Shown one piece after another: positions 30,423 through 38,829 of a DNA stretch of 40,833 nucleotides. How positions within the stretch are numbered: position 1 is the first letter of the stretch; each line of letters starts with the position of its first letter. Position numbers and translations under genes: made by a program. Under the pieces are notes generated by a model. That model was given only the letters and a program-made list of their open reading frames with translations. It ran no database searches and had not been told where the DNA came from. This DNA is from Tortispora ganteri (Eukaryota): positions 124,001 through 164,833 of the forward strand of contig PPNB01000019.1 in assembly GCA_003707115.1 (NCBI GenBank), written 5' to 3'.

Positions 30423-31883
30423 CTAAGAATCTTGCGCGGCTTCAGAGAGCATAGCATCTATATCCACTGCTGTAGTGCTAGCCATTTTCGTTTTTCTTCT
30501 ATGACCGTACGCCGGCGAATTCATAAACTTTCCAGGCTGTGGCATGGGCACGGTAGGAGGAGACATGGGCATCGGTGGAGCATTAGCACGCGTATTTGTA
30601 GTAACAGCTGTCGGTACCGATACGGAAACAGACGTAGTAGGTGTTAGTTCCGATGCATCAGAATGGGGTTCACACACTTGTAAGGTCTGTAACGGTTGAG
30701 AGAGAAGTTGAGGCGAAATGGGTTGGTTGTTGCTTGCTTGAGACTGCTGCGAGACAGTTATAGGTGACAATTTGCTGGTAAGATTTTGTAGACTCAACTG
30801 CTGTGGAGAGTATTGAGGCGACTGCAAGTGGTTTGGGCTTCTTGGGTCGACAGTTTGCTGATCAACGGTACTTGAAGGCAATCCAGTCGGGGTAATAGCG
30901 GAATCAAAAGCAGGAGGCAGCGGATTCGATTGAATGCTCACCGACTGCGATCCTTCAGATGTGCAAGGATTGTAAGGTGTATTTTGGAGAATCTGATGAG
31001 TAGAATGTGCTTCCAGAAAGGGATCCTGTGTTGGTACAGACATGGGAATATCTGTTTGTTCAGTTTCAGCATATGCACTTGCTTGTGGGATTTGCGAACA
31101 TTCAACATTCGGAAGATGCGGAGACTGGTGTTCAGATTGTGCCAAATATTCTGATGATGCAGGTTCAGGTATTGAAGGGTTTTGTTGTGCAGAAAAGGCC
31201 GGGGAAGCGATTTGGGGTTCATCTACGTCAAATATGGACGCGGCAGGTTGACCTGTCAATGCCTTTATGTGATCTGCAGGATACGGTACAAGGCTACAGC
31301 CAAGCAGGCCAGTTCCTGACCAATTCCGAGGCACGATTTTGACAGGACGCAAAGTGTTTGTTGTGGAGTTGTAGACTATCAGAGTGAGCTCTTTGTCTTT
31401 ACTGTTAGTGATTGCAGCGGTCATTGTCTGCTCAGAAGAGACTGCGGCCAGTACTCCAACAGCTATTACAAAGTCTTCTTCGGGCAAGAGACCGGCTTCC
31501 CATGCAGGAGATCTTTGTTGCATGTTTAGTATTCTCCACACAGTGGAGGTAGCGGATTTTTTGGCATACTGGAGGCTGCAGCCCAAAGAACGGCTGGACT
31601 CCTGCTCAGGAGGAGGCACATATACCGTTCGTATATCGTTCGAAAGTGAATTGTATACTTGTAAAGAGAACGCTCTGTGTTCGAGGCAGCTATCTAGTTC
31701 TAGCTTGAATGAGGAGAGCATAGAAGGGTCATCTTCGAGGGTATGGGCATTTATGCCTATAATATAGTCGAAGGCGACTTTTAAACCTAATTTATTGGCA
31801 AGAGAATCCTTTTTGATTGACAATACACGCAGTCCACCAAAATCAGGTTGGTCTTCAGTCAATGATGATATTTCGGCGCCCAT
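30423..31883 (-). CDS. GRH1: GRASP55/65 family protein (Grh1)
   Basis: Tandem GRASP PDZ-like units: GLRVLSI...FDYIIGIN, then VWRILNMQQRSPAWEAGLLPEEDFVI...PRNWSGTGLLGC. Ser/Pro/Gln-rich tail. Confidence 0.85.
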   Translation of the reverse strand: MGAEISSLTEDQPDFGGLRVLSIKKDSLANKLGLKVAFDYIIGINAHTLEDDPSMLSSFKLELDSCLEHRAFSLQVYNSLSNDIRTVYVPPPEQESSRSLGCSLQYAKKSATSTVWRILNMQQRSPAWEAGLLPEEDFVIAVGVLAAVSSEQTMTAAITNSKDKELTLIVYNSTTNTLRPVKIVPRNWSGTGLLGCSLVPYPADHIKALTGQPAASIFDVDEPQIASPAFSAQQNPSIPEPASSEYLAQSEHQSPHLPNVECSQIPQASAYAETEQTDIPMSVPTQDPFLEAHSTHQILQNTPYNPCTSEGSQSVSIQSNPLPPAFDSAITPTGLPSSTVDQQTVDPRSPNHLQSPQYSPQQLSLQNLTSKLSPITVSQQSQASNNQPISPQLLSQPLQTLQVCEPHSDASELTPTTSVSVSVPTAVTTNTRANAPPMPMSPPTVPMPQPGKFMNSPAYGHRRKTKMASTTAVDIDAMLSEAAQDS

Positions 31884-32454
31884 GGTGAAGTTAGAAAATA
31901 GGGCGCGTTTATTGGGATGTCAGGTTCAATAAAGGGGGGCTTCATCGAAGAATCAACAAAACAAGCGGCCACAACCCTAAAAAATTCTAGATTGGATACA
32001 TATACTCCATATTTGCTGTATCCTCGAGATGAACAACTTCTGCTCTGTTCATGGTCTATGCGTCGGCGCAAGATGACGATTCAATCAACTAATGTTGTTC
32101 GTCAACTGAGTTTAGTGGTAAGATCGCGGAACATAGCAGCGAACCAAAACTTTGGTCTCAAAACCTGTCTTTACCTGGTCCTAAAAATTATCACATATTA
32201 TTTAAATGAGCTATTTTTTGAACTGTCTAGGCAAGATCGATTCAAAGGCCAAAATTTCTGTCAGTAGGTCTATTTGTTCCTGGTTAATTTATCCATATTC
32301 AGAAATAAGGTTTTCACAGTCCATACCGCCCACCCATTTACACTACTACTCATTACATAATCTTGATCTTTTTCACCTGCCTGACGACTCCATCTTTACT
32401 TTTCACTAGATCGAGAGCCTGGCCAGTTTACAAAAATCCTCTAAACCACATACC

Positions 32455-34395
32455 ATGGAAGCTGGGACCTCACATCATGACTCGTTTCGCTTCATTGATG
32501 TCATAATCGGTCTGCTGATCGGCTCAGTGGTATTATTCAGTAATTTTCAGTTCGGTTTGCAAACCGGTTGGGTCTCCATGATGTCTCTCCCATCTGCTGT
32601 GCTTGCAATTGCAATGTCCAATCTCTTTCATTCATCTTTGTCTCGACAGCAGAATGTCTTCATACAGAGCCTTGCAGTAGCCGTTGGAACTGGACCACTC
32701 GCTTATGGCCTGGTGGGTGTTGTCCCGGCCCTGGAGACTATGCTAGAACCAGTTGAGGGCGGACCTGTATGGCTTTCTATTCCTCAATTGGTTCTCTGGT
32801 GCTTTGGTCTTGCTTTCTTCGGGGTATTCTTCGCTATACCTCTGCGCGTACAAGTAATTCTCAAAGAAAAGTTGCCGTTCCCAAGTGGCAGTGCCACTGC
32901 GACTCTGATCTCGGTCTTGCACGGCGACAAAGCTCGCTATAAAAATATAAACACACCTGATGAAGAGGCTATTGTCATTGAGCCTGTTTATTCTTCAACA
33001 GCTCTTCTCTCTCCATCACCAAATGATGTGACAAACGTACTTCATGACTCAAATGACTCTTCATCCATTTCCAGTGACGACATTCAAAACAATTATAAGA
33101 AAAGCATACTTACATTGATGATAGCATTCTCTGGTTCAGGAGCATATTCAATATTGGCTTATTTCATCCCAATACTTTCCAACCTCCCTGTATTCGGGCA
33201 ATCGCTGGCCGATCAGCTCTGGACATTTCAACCCAGTCCAGCTTATTTTGGCCAGGGCATGATTATGGGCATAGGTAGTGTCACATCTATGCTTATAGGC
33301 ACCATCGTTGGCTGGGGCATATTAGCGCCTTTAGCTCGATCTCGCAATTGGGCTCCAGGGCCAATTGACGACTGGAAGTCTGGCGCTCAAGGTTGGATCA
33401 TGTGGGTTGCGCTGGCCCTTATGATCGCAGACGCAATAGTTTCTCTCTCTGCCCTAGGAGTTGAAATGGTTCTTGAAACTCATTCAAGGATTACAGCTGA
33501 GCCAGATCATCCTGAACAACTCTCAAAACCAGTGCTATACTGGGGCTTGGGGTTGTCTTCTGTACTCTGCGCAGTGGCAATGAAAATCTTGTTTCCAGAA
33601 GCGGCGCCACTATATATTGTCGTTTTCAGCCTCGTAATTACTGTTTTTTTAGCTGTTTTGGCTGTGCGCGCTCTGGGTACTACAGATCTCAATCCTGTCT
33701 CGGGTATAGGCAAGCTGTCGCAACTTATAATAGCGGGTCTAGTTTTGCTGTTCAACAACGGCTCGGTACCTGTAAACGCTGTGATAACTAATCTGATTGG
33801 CGGTGCTATATCGGAGGCTGGTGCTCAACAAGCAGGGGATCTAATGCAAGATTTAAAGACTGGGTACTTGTTGAATGCATCGCCAGTACAGCAGTTCCAT
33901 GCACAATTGCTCGGTTCGTTTTGGGCAGCTCTTCTTGCACCATTGGTATACAGACTTTACATGAAAGTGTATACAATTCCTGGCCCGTTGTTTCGTATTC
34001 CGACATCCATAGTCTGGATTGACTGTGCCAGATTAGTGTCTGGGGCCGATTTACCAGAACAAGCGCTACCAGCTTCTATTGTCGCAGCAATTATTGGTGC
34101 AGGACTGGCACTAGGTAAAATCTATCTGGATCGGCGACACTCGAAGTATGCATTTTTGTGGCCTTCGGGTGTAGCTATTGGCGTGGGAATGTATAATGTG
34201 CCTTCGTTCACGCTCGCGCGGTTTACTGGCGGACTCTTTGTTGTACTATATACGGCCTACAAGAATAGTAAGGGCTCATACAAAGAAGGAGAAAACTCTG
34301 GACTGGTAATTACGGCTTCAGGACTAATATTGGGTGAAGGTGTTTTGTCGATTATGGTCATGATTTTAACAATGCTGAATGTTCCGCATCTATGA
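32455..34395 (+). CDS. OPT/YSL oligopeptide or metal-chelate transporter (YGL114W-like)
   Basis: Motifs FGLQTGWVSMMSLPS, EKLPFPSGSATA, TDLNPVSGIGKLSQL, QQAGDLMQDLKTG and ASGLILGEG. Confidence 0.92.
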   Translation: MEAGTSHHDSFRFIDVIIGLLIGSVVLFSNFQFGLQTGWVSMMSLPSAVLAIAMSNLFHSSLSRQQNVFIQSLAVAVGTGPLAYGLVGVVPALETMLEPVEGGPVWLSIPQLVLWCFGLAFFGVFFAIPLRVQVILKEKLPFPSGSATATLISVLHGDKARYKNINTPDEEAIVIEPVYSSTALLSPSPNDVTNVLHDSNDSSSISSDDIQNNYKKSILTLMIAFSGSGAYSILAYFIPILSNLPVFGQSLADQLWTFQPSPAYFGQGMIMGIGSVTSMLIGTIVGWGILAPLARSRNWAPGPIDDWKSGAQGWIMWVALALMIADAIVSLSALGVEMVLETHSRITAEPDHPEQLSKPVLYWGLGLSSVLCAVAMKILFPEAAPLYIVVFSLVITVFLAVLAVRALGTTDLNPVSGIGKLSQLIIAGLVLLFNNGSVPVNAVITNLIGGAISEAGAQQAGDLMQDLKTGYLLNASPVQQFHAQLLGSFWAALLAPLVYRLYMKVYTIPGPLFRIPTSIVWIDCARLVSGADLPEQALPASIVAAIIGAGLALGKIYLDRRHSKYAFLWPSGVAIGVGMYNVPSFTLARFTGGLFVVLYTAYKNSKGSYKEGENSGLVITASGLILGEGVLSIMVMILTMLNVPHL

Positions 34396-34475
34396 GGCGA
34401 ATCCGCTCTTGGGAGTTTTAAGCAGTGGGGGGGCATATTGGGTTGAAAGGTTCGTTGTTGTTTACCACAATTAGC

Positions 34476-34855
34476 ATGGACAGCAGCGTTAGATATAAGC
34501 TTATGTTCTTAGTTCTGCCTAAATTTGCAGAGAAAGTGAAAACTGCAGTATTTAATGCTGGTGCTGGTCAAATTGGCAACTATGGATACTGCAGTTTCGA
34601 AACTCGCGGTGTGGGGCAGTTCATGCCGCTCGAAGGAGCCAATCCGTCCGAAGGCACAATCGGCGAATTGTACCGTGATGACGAAATCAAAGTGGAAGTA
34701 CTAGTCGAAGGCAGCAAAATCAGAAACGTTGTAAAGGCATTGAAGGAAGCACACCCTTATGAAGTACCTGTGTATGATGTAAGTATTGGTGGTTTGTAGA
34801 TTGGCCACAGAATGGACACTAACCATACTAGGTAATTAAACTTGAGGACTTCTGA
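34476..34855 (+). CDS. Small standalone PII/GlnB-like protein (homologous to the NIF3/YqfO insert domain), one intron
   Basis: YKLMFLV...AGAGQIGNYGYCSF...GQFMPLEGANP...EIKVEV...AHPYEVPVYD. The intron at 34779-34831 (GTAAGT...CACTAAC...TAG) adds VIKLEDF*, giving 108 aa. Confidence 0.85.
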
Positions 34856-34890
34856 ACTTATTCTTTGCACCTACTTTTGCAGTAGACTCT

Positions 34891-35628
34891 ATGGATTTAC
34901 CAGAAGTAGACCTAGACGACAAAGTCGATACTCAAATTTCAGTAAAAATCTTGTTGGCACCCTACCAGATTCCTTTATTACAAGAATGCAAACTTCAAAT
35001 ATTCGATTTAAAGGTACTTATTCCGAGCATTCCGCAACCGTATCTGGGACCCATAGACATACCTGTAACGTTCCTAGGCACTCCAAGAAGACTTGCTAGA
35101 TCCCTGGCAATTCTCTCATATCACGTCTGCAAAGACTCTGATACATTATTATTACATATGGCGCTTCCTGGCCCTACGTGTGACGAACTACAACGAGCCA
35201 GACCCGCAATCGAGAGTACCGCAAGCTGTCTGATCTCCTTTGCCCGCTCTTGCCTTCCCTTATCCTCTGAAAAATCGATTGCAGTTTCTGCAAAGTTTGC
35301 TTCCTCAATTGAACTAGCCATCTACCAAATAACTGTCTTTTCCGCCACCCACCAGCTCCCGTCCGAGACAGACACTGAGGACTCGTACCATCAACATCCT
35401 ACCTTAGCCCGGTACACTCCACTGCCGATTTCTGGCCAGTTTGGCCATCCTCGACAGTTGAATAATAACACTCGGTCAAATCTAAAAACTCCCGCTAACC
35501 CCTATGGAATTAATTCTGCTGTTGCCGAAGACGAATTAATTTATAAGGCACAGGCTTATGCCTCCAGACGACCACTTACTGACAATTCAGCCCTTACTGG
35601 GTACTTAGGCAATCCTGGTTCTACTTGA
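34891..35628 (+). CDS. Hypothetical protein, possibly two degenerate KH domains (Pbp2/Rnc1-like)
   Basis: 245-aa ORF. IESTASCLISFARSCLPLSSEKSIAVS...SIELAIYQI resembles the second KH domain of fungal Rnc1/Pbp2. Confidence 0.5.
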   Translation: MDLPEVDLDDKVDTQISVKILLAPYQIPLLQECKLQIFDLKVLIPSIPQPYLGPIDIPVTFLGTPRRLARSLAILSYHVCKDSDTLLLHMALPGPTCDELQRARPAIESTASCLISFARSCLPLSSEKSIAVSAKFASSIELAIYQITVFSATHQLPSETDTEDSYHQHPTLARYTPLPISGQFGHPRQLNNNTRSNLKTPANPYGINSAVAEDELIYKAQAYASRRPLTDNSALTGYLGNPGST

Positions 35629-35697
35629 AAAAGAGGTCTAATCATATAACTTTCATTCACGCGTCGTGCGAAATCAGTGAATATTGTCTGCATTTCT

Positions 35698-38600
35698 TTA
35701 TTTAGCCTTGAAATTAGAAATGAAGTTCACCAGCTCTAAAAATGCCGCGGATGCGCCGTGCACAGGCTTTTCAATGAATTTGCTCAGCGCTTCACCGTAA
35801 CAAGTACCAATCGCTGATGATCTCTTTTCGTCCGCTTTCTCTCCAATAATTATCCGACTGACAAAAACGCTTGCCTGTGCTGCTGCTGCACACTGTCCTG
35901 GATTGCTAGGTCTCACCGCCATTGTTAAGATAGGCCTTAATGTCTCATTGACCACTTCTTTGACACACATCTCACTCTTAAGTACAGGAATTGGTCGTAT
36001 CTTGCAAATCCTTGTCCTCACCAGCCCTCTGGCCTTGTCAGCAACAATCCTGTCATTAGTAGCTCCAATCAATTCTATAACTGCCTTTACCACCTTTAAT
36101 GTAATATCGACACTAGGATTCGCGACCTTAAAGTATATCTCAAGCAAGTCAATAACACGAAGCTTGAACTGAACAACATTTTCACGGGCTTTCTGCGATT
36201 CTTTTTTGCGTGACATACTCTTCTTCTTGCCCACAGTCTCCCGGAAAATAGACGAAAGTGTTTCGTCCAGTGCCATCATCTGTGCGTCATCCATTAACTC
36301 CTCTTCTTCATCGCTGGATTGGCCTTCAGCTTCAGATTCGGAACCACTAAAAGTTCCAGCACTTTGAATATTAGCTTCAGGTATTCTTAATGCATTTGCT
36401 AGTTTCTCTTTCAGTATTCTGTCATCTTCATCATTATCGTCATCGTTTTCATCGTCTTCTCCCTCTTCCTCTTCTTCTTCATCTTCCTCTTCCTCTTCAT
36501 CTTCTTCATCTTCATCACCTTCATCGTCACTTTCATTAGAGTCCCCTTCTGAGCTTACTTCAGAATCCTCATTTTCTACATTGAACAGCACGTTCTGACC
36601 TTCCAAATTCTCCTTGGTGGATAGTATGTCAATGAACTGATTAATGGTTTCGTCTTTGACAGTTGGAGCGAACGTATACCATACAGACTCAGAGAGCTTT
36701 CTGAGCAATGAGGATTTTTTCACTAGAAACTGCAACAGTATTTGAGCTAAAATAGTTCCCGGGTCATCTTCACCTTCGTTCTCAGAGTCTTTGGCCTGGC
36801 TAGGTCTTTCAAATGCAGACACATAAACAGTCAAAAGCTCTTCAAGCACACCCACGGAATTTGCTTCTGCGTTGTAAATCTGTAGCAACACAAGAGAAAA
36901 AAGTAATTCAAATGCTTTAAGTTGTGCCTGATCTCCTCTAGGAGAAGATCGCCTTTTGCGAATTAGATTGAGGACCTTGATAGCGCGCTCGACCAGACGG
37001 GATATTTTAGAATCGAAAGTCGTAAGTTCACGAAATTGGGAAACCGCAGGAAAAATCTCTGTGACAAGTCTAACAATCTTGTATGGCCATGTCACGTCAT
37101 TAGATGTTGATAGCGGTAGCAATAGGGAAAGCAAAGATTCTAAGCGAGACCTACATAGGTTCTGTATAGTGCGTGAAACTTCAGGAATGGGCGCTTCAAG
37201 GCTGTAAAGGAATTTCTGCACTTTCTCTGGAACGGAAGCATCAATTTCTGTTGCTTTATCGTTGACATTAAAATGTCCAAACAGTGCCAAAAAGGAAATT
37301 ATAAGTTCTATGTCTTCCTCCGCCATTGTTCGGTAGTTCTGTTTGCATATAGTGAACATATTAGCAATAGACCATTGCCTTCTTCCGTCTACTACACGGG
37401 CTTCTTCATCTCTAGGCGACAGGAAAACTTCGATAATTAACGATAGAACACCGTCAATATGCGTTTTCGCGGCTTCCATGATAAGAGTTTCCGTCAGCTT
37501 TGTTTTAGAGATGTTGTCAAAATTAGGTGAACCATTCGGCTGTGAGATCAGCGATCGAAGCGTCTGAAGGGCCTTATCAGGATCTTCTGCGCAAACTTGA
37601 ACAATCTCAGCAACAGTTTTATTTGCAGTTGAGTGTAGCAGACGCCCAGAGTCAGAAAGTTGGTTGATAAAAGTGCGGAAGAAATTTTTAGAAAATAGTA
37701 AAGGAATATCTTCAGAGGCTAGACAGCTAAAGAAGAGATCAAAACATTGGAAACCCCAATACTTTCGTTCAGGAGAGCTCGTAGTAGCAAAAAGGCTTTC
37801 GTCGATAACTATTCGCCAGAAATCCTTGAACATTGCAATTGAATTAGATTCTACATCAGCTGAAATTTTGGAGCCGCGCAATGTCTTACTTTTCTTGCGT
37901 GGAGGCTCGTTTTTGCTGACTGCGACAGTCTGTGCCTGGTCCACGTAAATTTCCGAAATAAGTTTATAAGCAATAGGAAGATCTTTAGACCACGCGGATT
38001 GACCAGCTTGGTTAGCTTGATCATCAGAGCCGACACGGAGGACTTTACCGAGAGTTTGCAGGTTGGAAGGATGTAGAGGGCTTTTGTCGTTCCATTCTGG
38101 GCATTTAAGGTTGCTGTTTGATTTCATTAAGACCAACAAGACAGCTACACCGTCATTTGTTTTCCAGAAATTGTAAGAAGTCCCCATCTCGAGGATCGTC
38201 GATGTTTTGGAAGAGTCGTGGGCAATATCATGACGAGTTATCATGTCAATAAACAGATGAGCTGTTGCTGAGCGTAGCCAGTTTTTTCTTTGCCATAAGT
38301 CAAATAAGATATCCAAAAATTGGCGAAATTGTTCATGATCTAAAGTCATAAACATTTTGGAGGAAACTACGCTATTGAGGCCGAAGAGTCGTCCGAAGAG
38401 CTGATCCCGTTGTTCTTGGCCATTCATTCCGCTAGATAGGGTGGTGAAACTGTTCAAAAGGTCGAAAAGTTTCTCCGGAGTAGTGATACCCGGATTTACA
38501 GTGAGCAATTCGGCAAGGGCCATTGAGAACCCCAGGCGTGCAGCTTCGCGCGGACTGGCAAGACCTTTAATGAGTCGATTAAGGGCATAATCCCATGCAT

Positions 38601-38703
38601 CACTTGAAGCTGCAGATTGTAATTGTTCAATAAGCTTCTCACAGGCATTAAGTCGCGCTACTACATCGTTTTTAGCAAGTTCATTGTACAAATCTAACCC
38701 CAT
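35698..38703 (-). CDS. POL5: Pol5/MYBBP1A ribosome biogenesis factor ('DNA polymerase phi')
   Basis: YALNRLIKGLASPREAARLGFS, FGRLFGL, SPERKYWGF, an acidic tract, MMALDETLSSIF and FKLRVIDLLEIY. The first ATG is at 38703. Confidence 0.93.
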   Translation of the reverse strand: MGLDLYNELAKNDVVARLNACEKLIEQLQSAASSDAWDYALNRLIKGLASPREAARLGFSMALAELLTVNPGITTPEKLFDLLNSFTTLSSGMNGQEQRDQLFGRLFGLNSVVSSKMFMTLDHEQFRQFLDILFDLWQRKNWLRSATAHLFIDMITRHDIAHDSSKTSTILEMGTSYNFWKTNDGVAVLLVLMKSNSNLKCPEWNDKSPLHPSNLQTLGKVLRVGSDDQANQAGQSAWSKDLPIAYKLISEIYVDQAQTVAVSKNEPPRKKSKTLRGSKISADVESNSIAMFKDFWRIVIDESLFATTSSPERKYWGFQCFDLFFSCLASEDIPLLFSKNFFRTFINQLSDSGRLLHSTANKTVAEIVQVCAEDPDKALQTLRSLISQPNGSPNFDNISKTKLTETLIMEAAKTHIDGVLSLIIEVFLSPRDEEARVVDGRRQWSIANMFTICKQNYRTMAEEDIELIISFLALFGHFNVNDKATEIDASVPEKVQKFLYSLEAPIPEVSRTIQNLCRSRLESLLSLLLPLSTSNDVTWPYKIVRLVTEIFPAVSQFRELTTFDSKISRLVERAIKVLNLIRKRRSSPRGDQAQLKAFELLFSLVLLQIYNAEANSVGVLEELLTVYVSAFERPSQAKDSENEGEDDPGTILAQILLQFLVKKSSLLRKLSESVWYTFAPTVKDETINQFIDILSTKENLEGQNVLFNVENEDSEVSSEGDSNESDDEGDEDEEDEEEEEDEEEEEEGEDDENDDDNDEDDRILKEKLANALRIPEANIQSAGTFSGSESEAEGQSSDEEEELMDDAQMMALDETLSSIFRETVGKKKSMSRKKESQKARENVVQFKLRVIDLLEIYFKVANPSVDITLKVVKAVIELIGATNDRIVADKARGLVRTRICKIRPIPVLKSEMCVKEVVNETLRPILTMAVRPSNPGQCAAAAQASVFVSRIIIGEKADEKRSSAIGTCYGEALSKFIEKPVHGASAAFLELVNFISNFKAK
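36420..36530. repeat. Low-complexity trinucleotide tract encoding the Pol5 Asp/Glu run
   Basis: Runs of tct/tca/tcc on the plus strand encode DEEDEEEEEDEEEEEEGEDD. Confidence 0.85.
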
Positions 38704-38829
38704 ATTGGAGATATTTTGGTGCAAAGTAAACTTTTCTCTCTCGGGTGTTGCAGCCTTTTAAGTTACTCGGGATTAAGCACTACTTTCTGGCGTCAATGGT
38801 TTTTTTTCATTAATTTCCATTTATTAATC

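Noticed and set aside
31917..32267. 116-aa ORF between GRH1 and the OPT gene
   Set aside because: No motifs, and it starts 33 bp from the divergent GRH1 ATG, so it is probably spurious.
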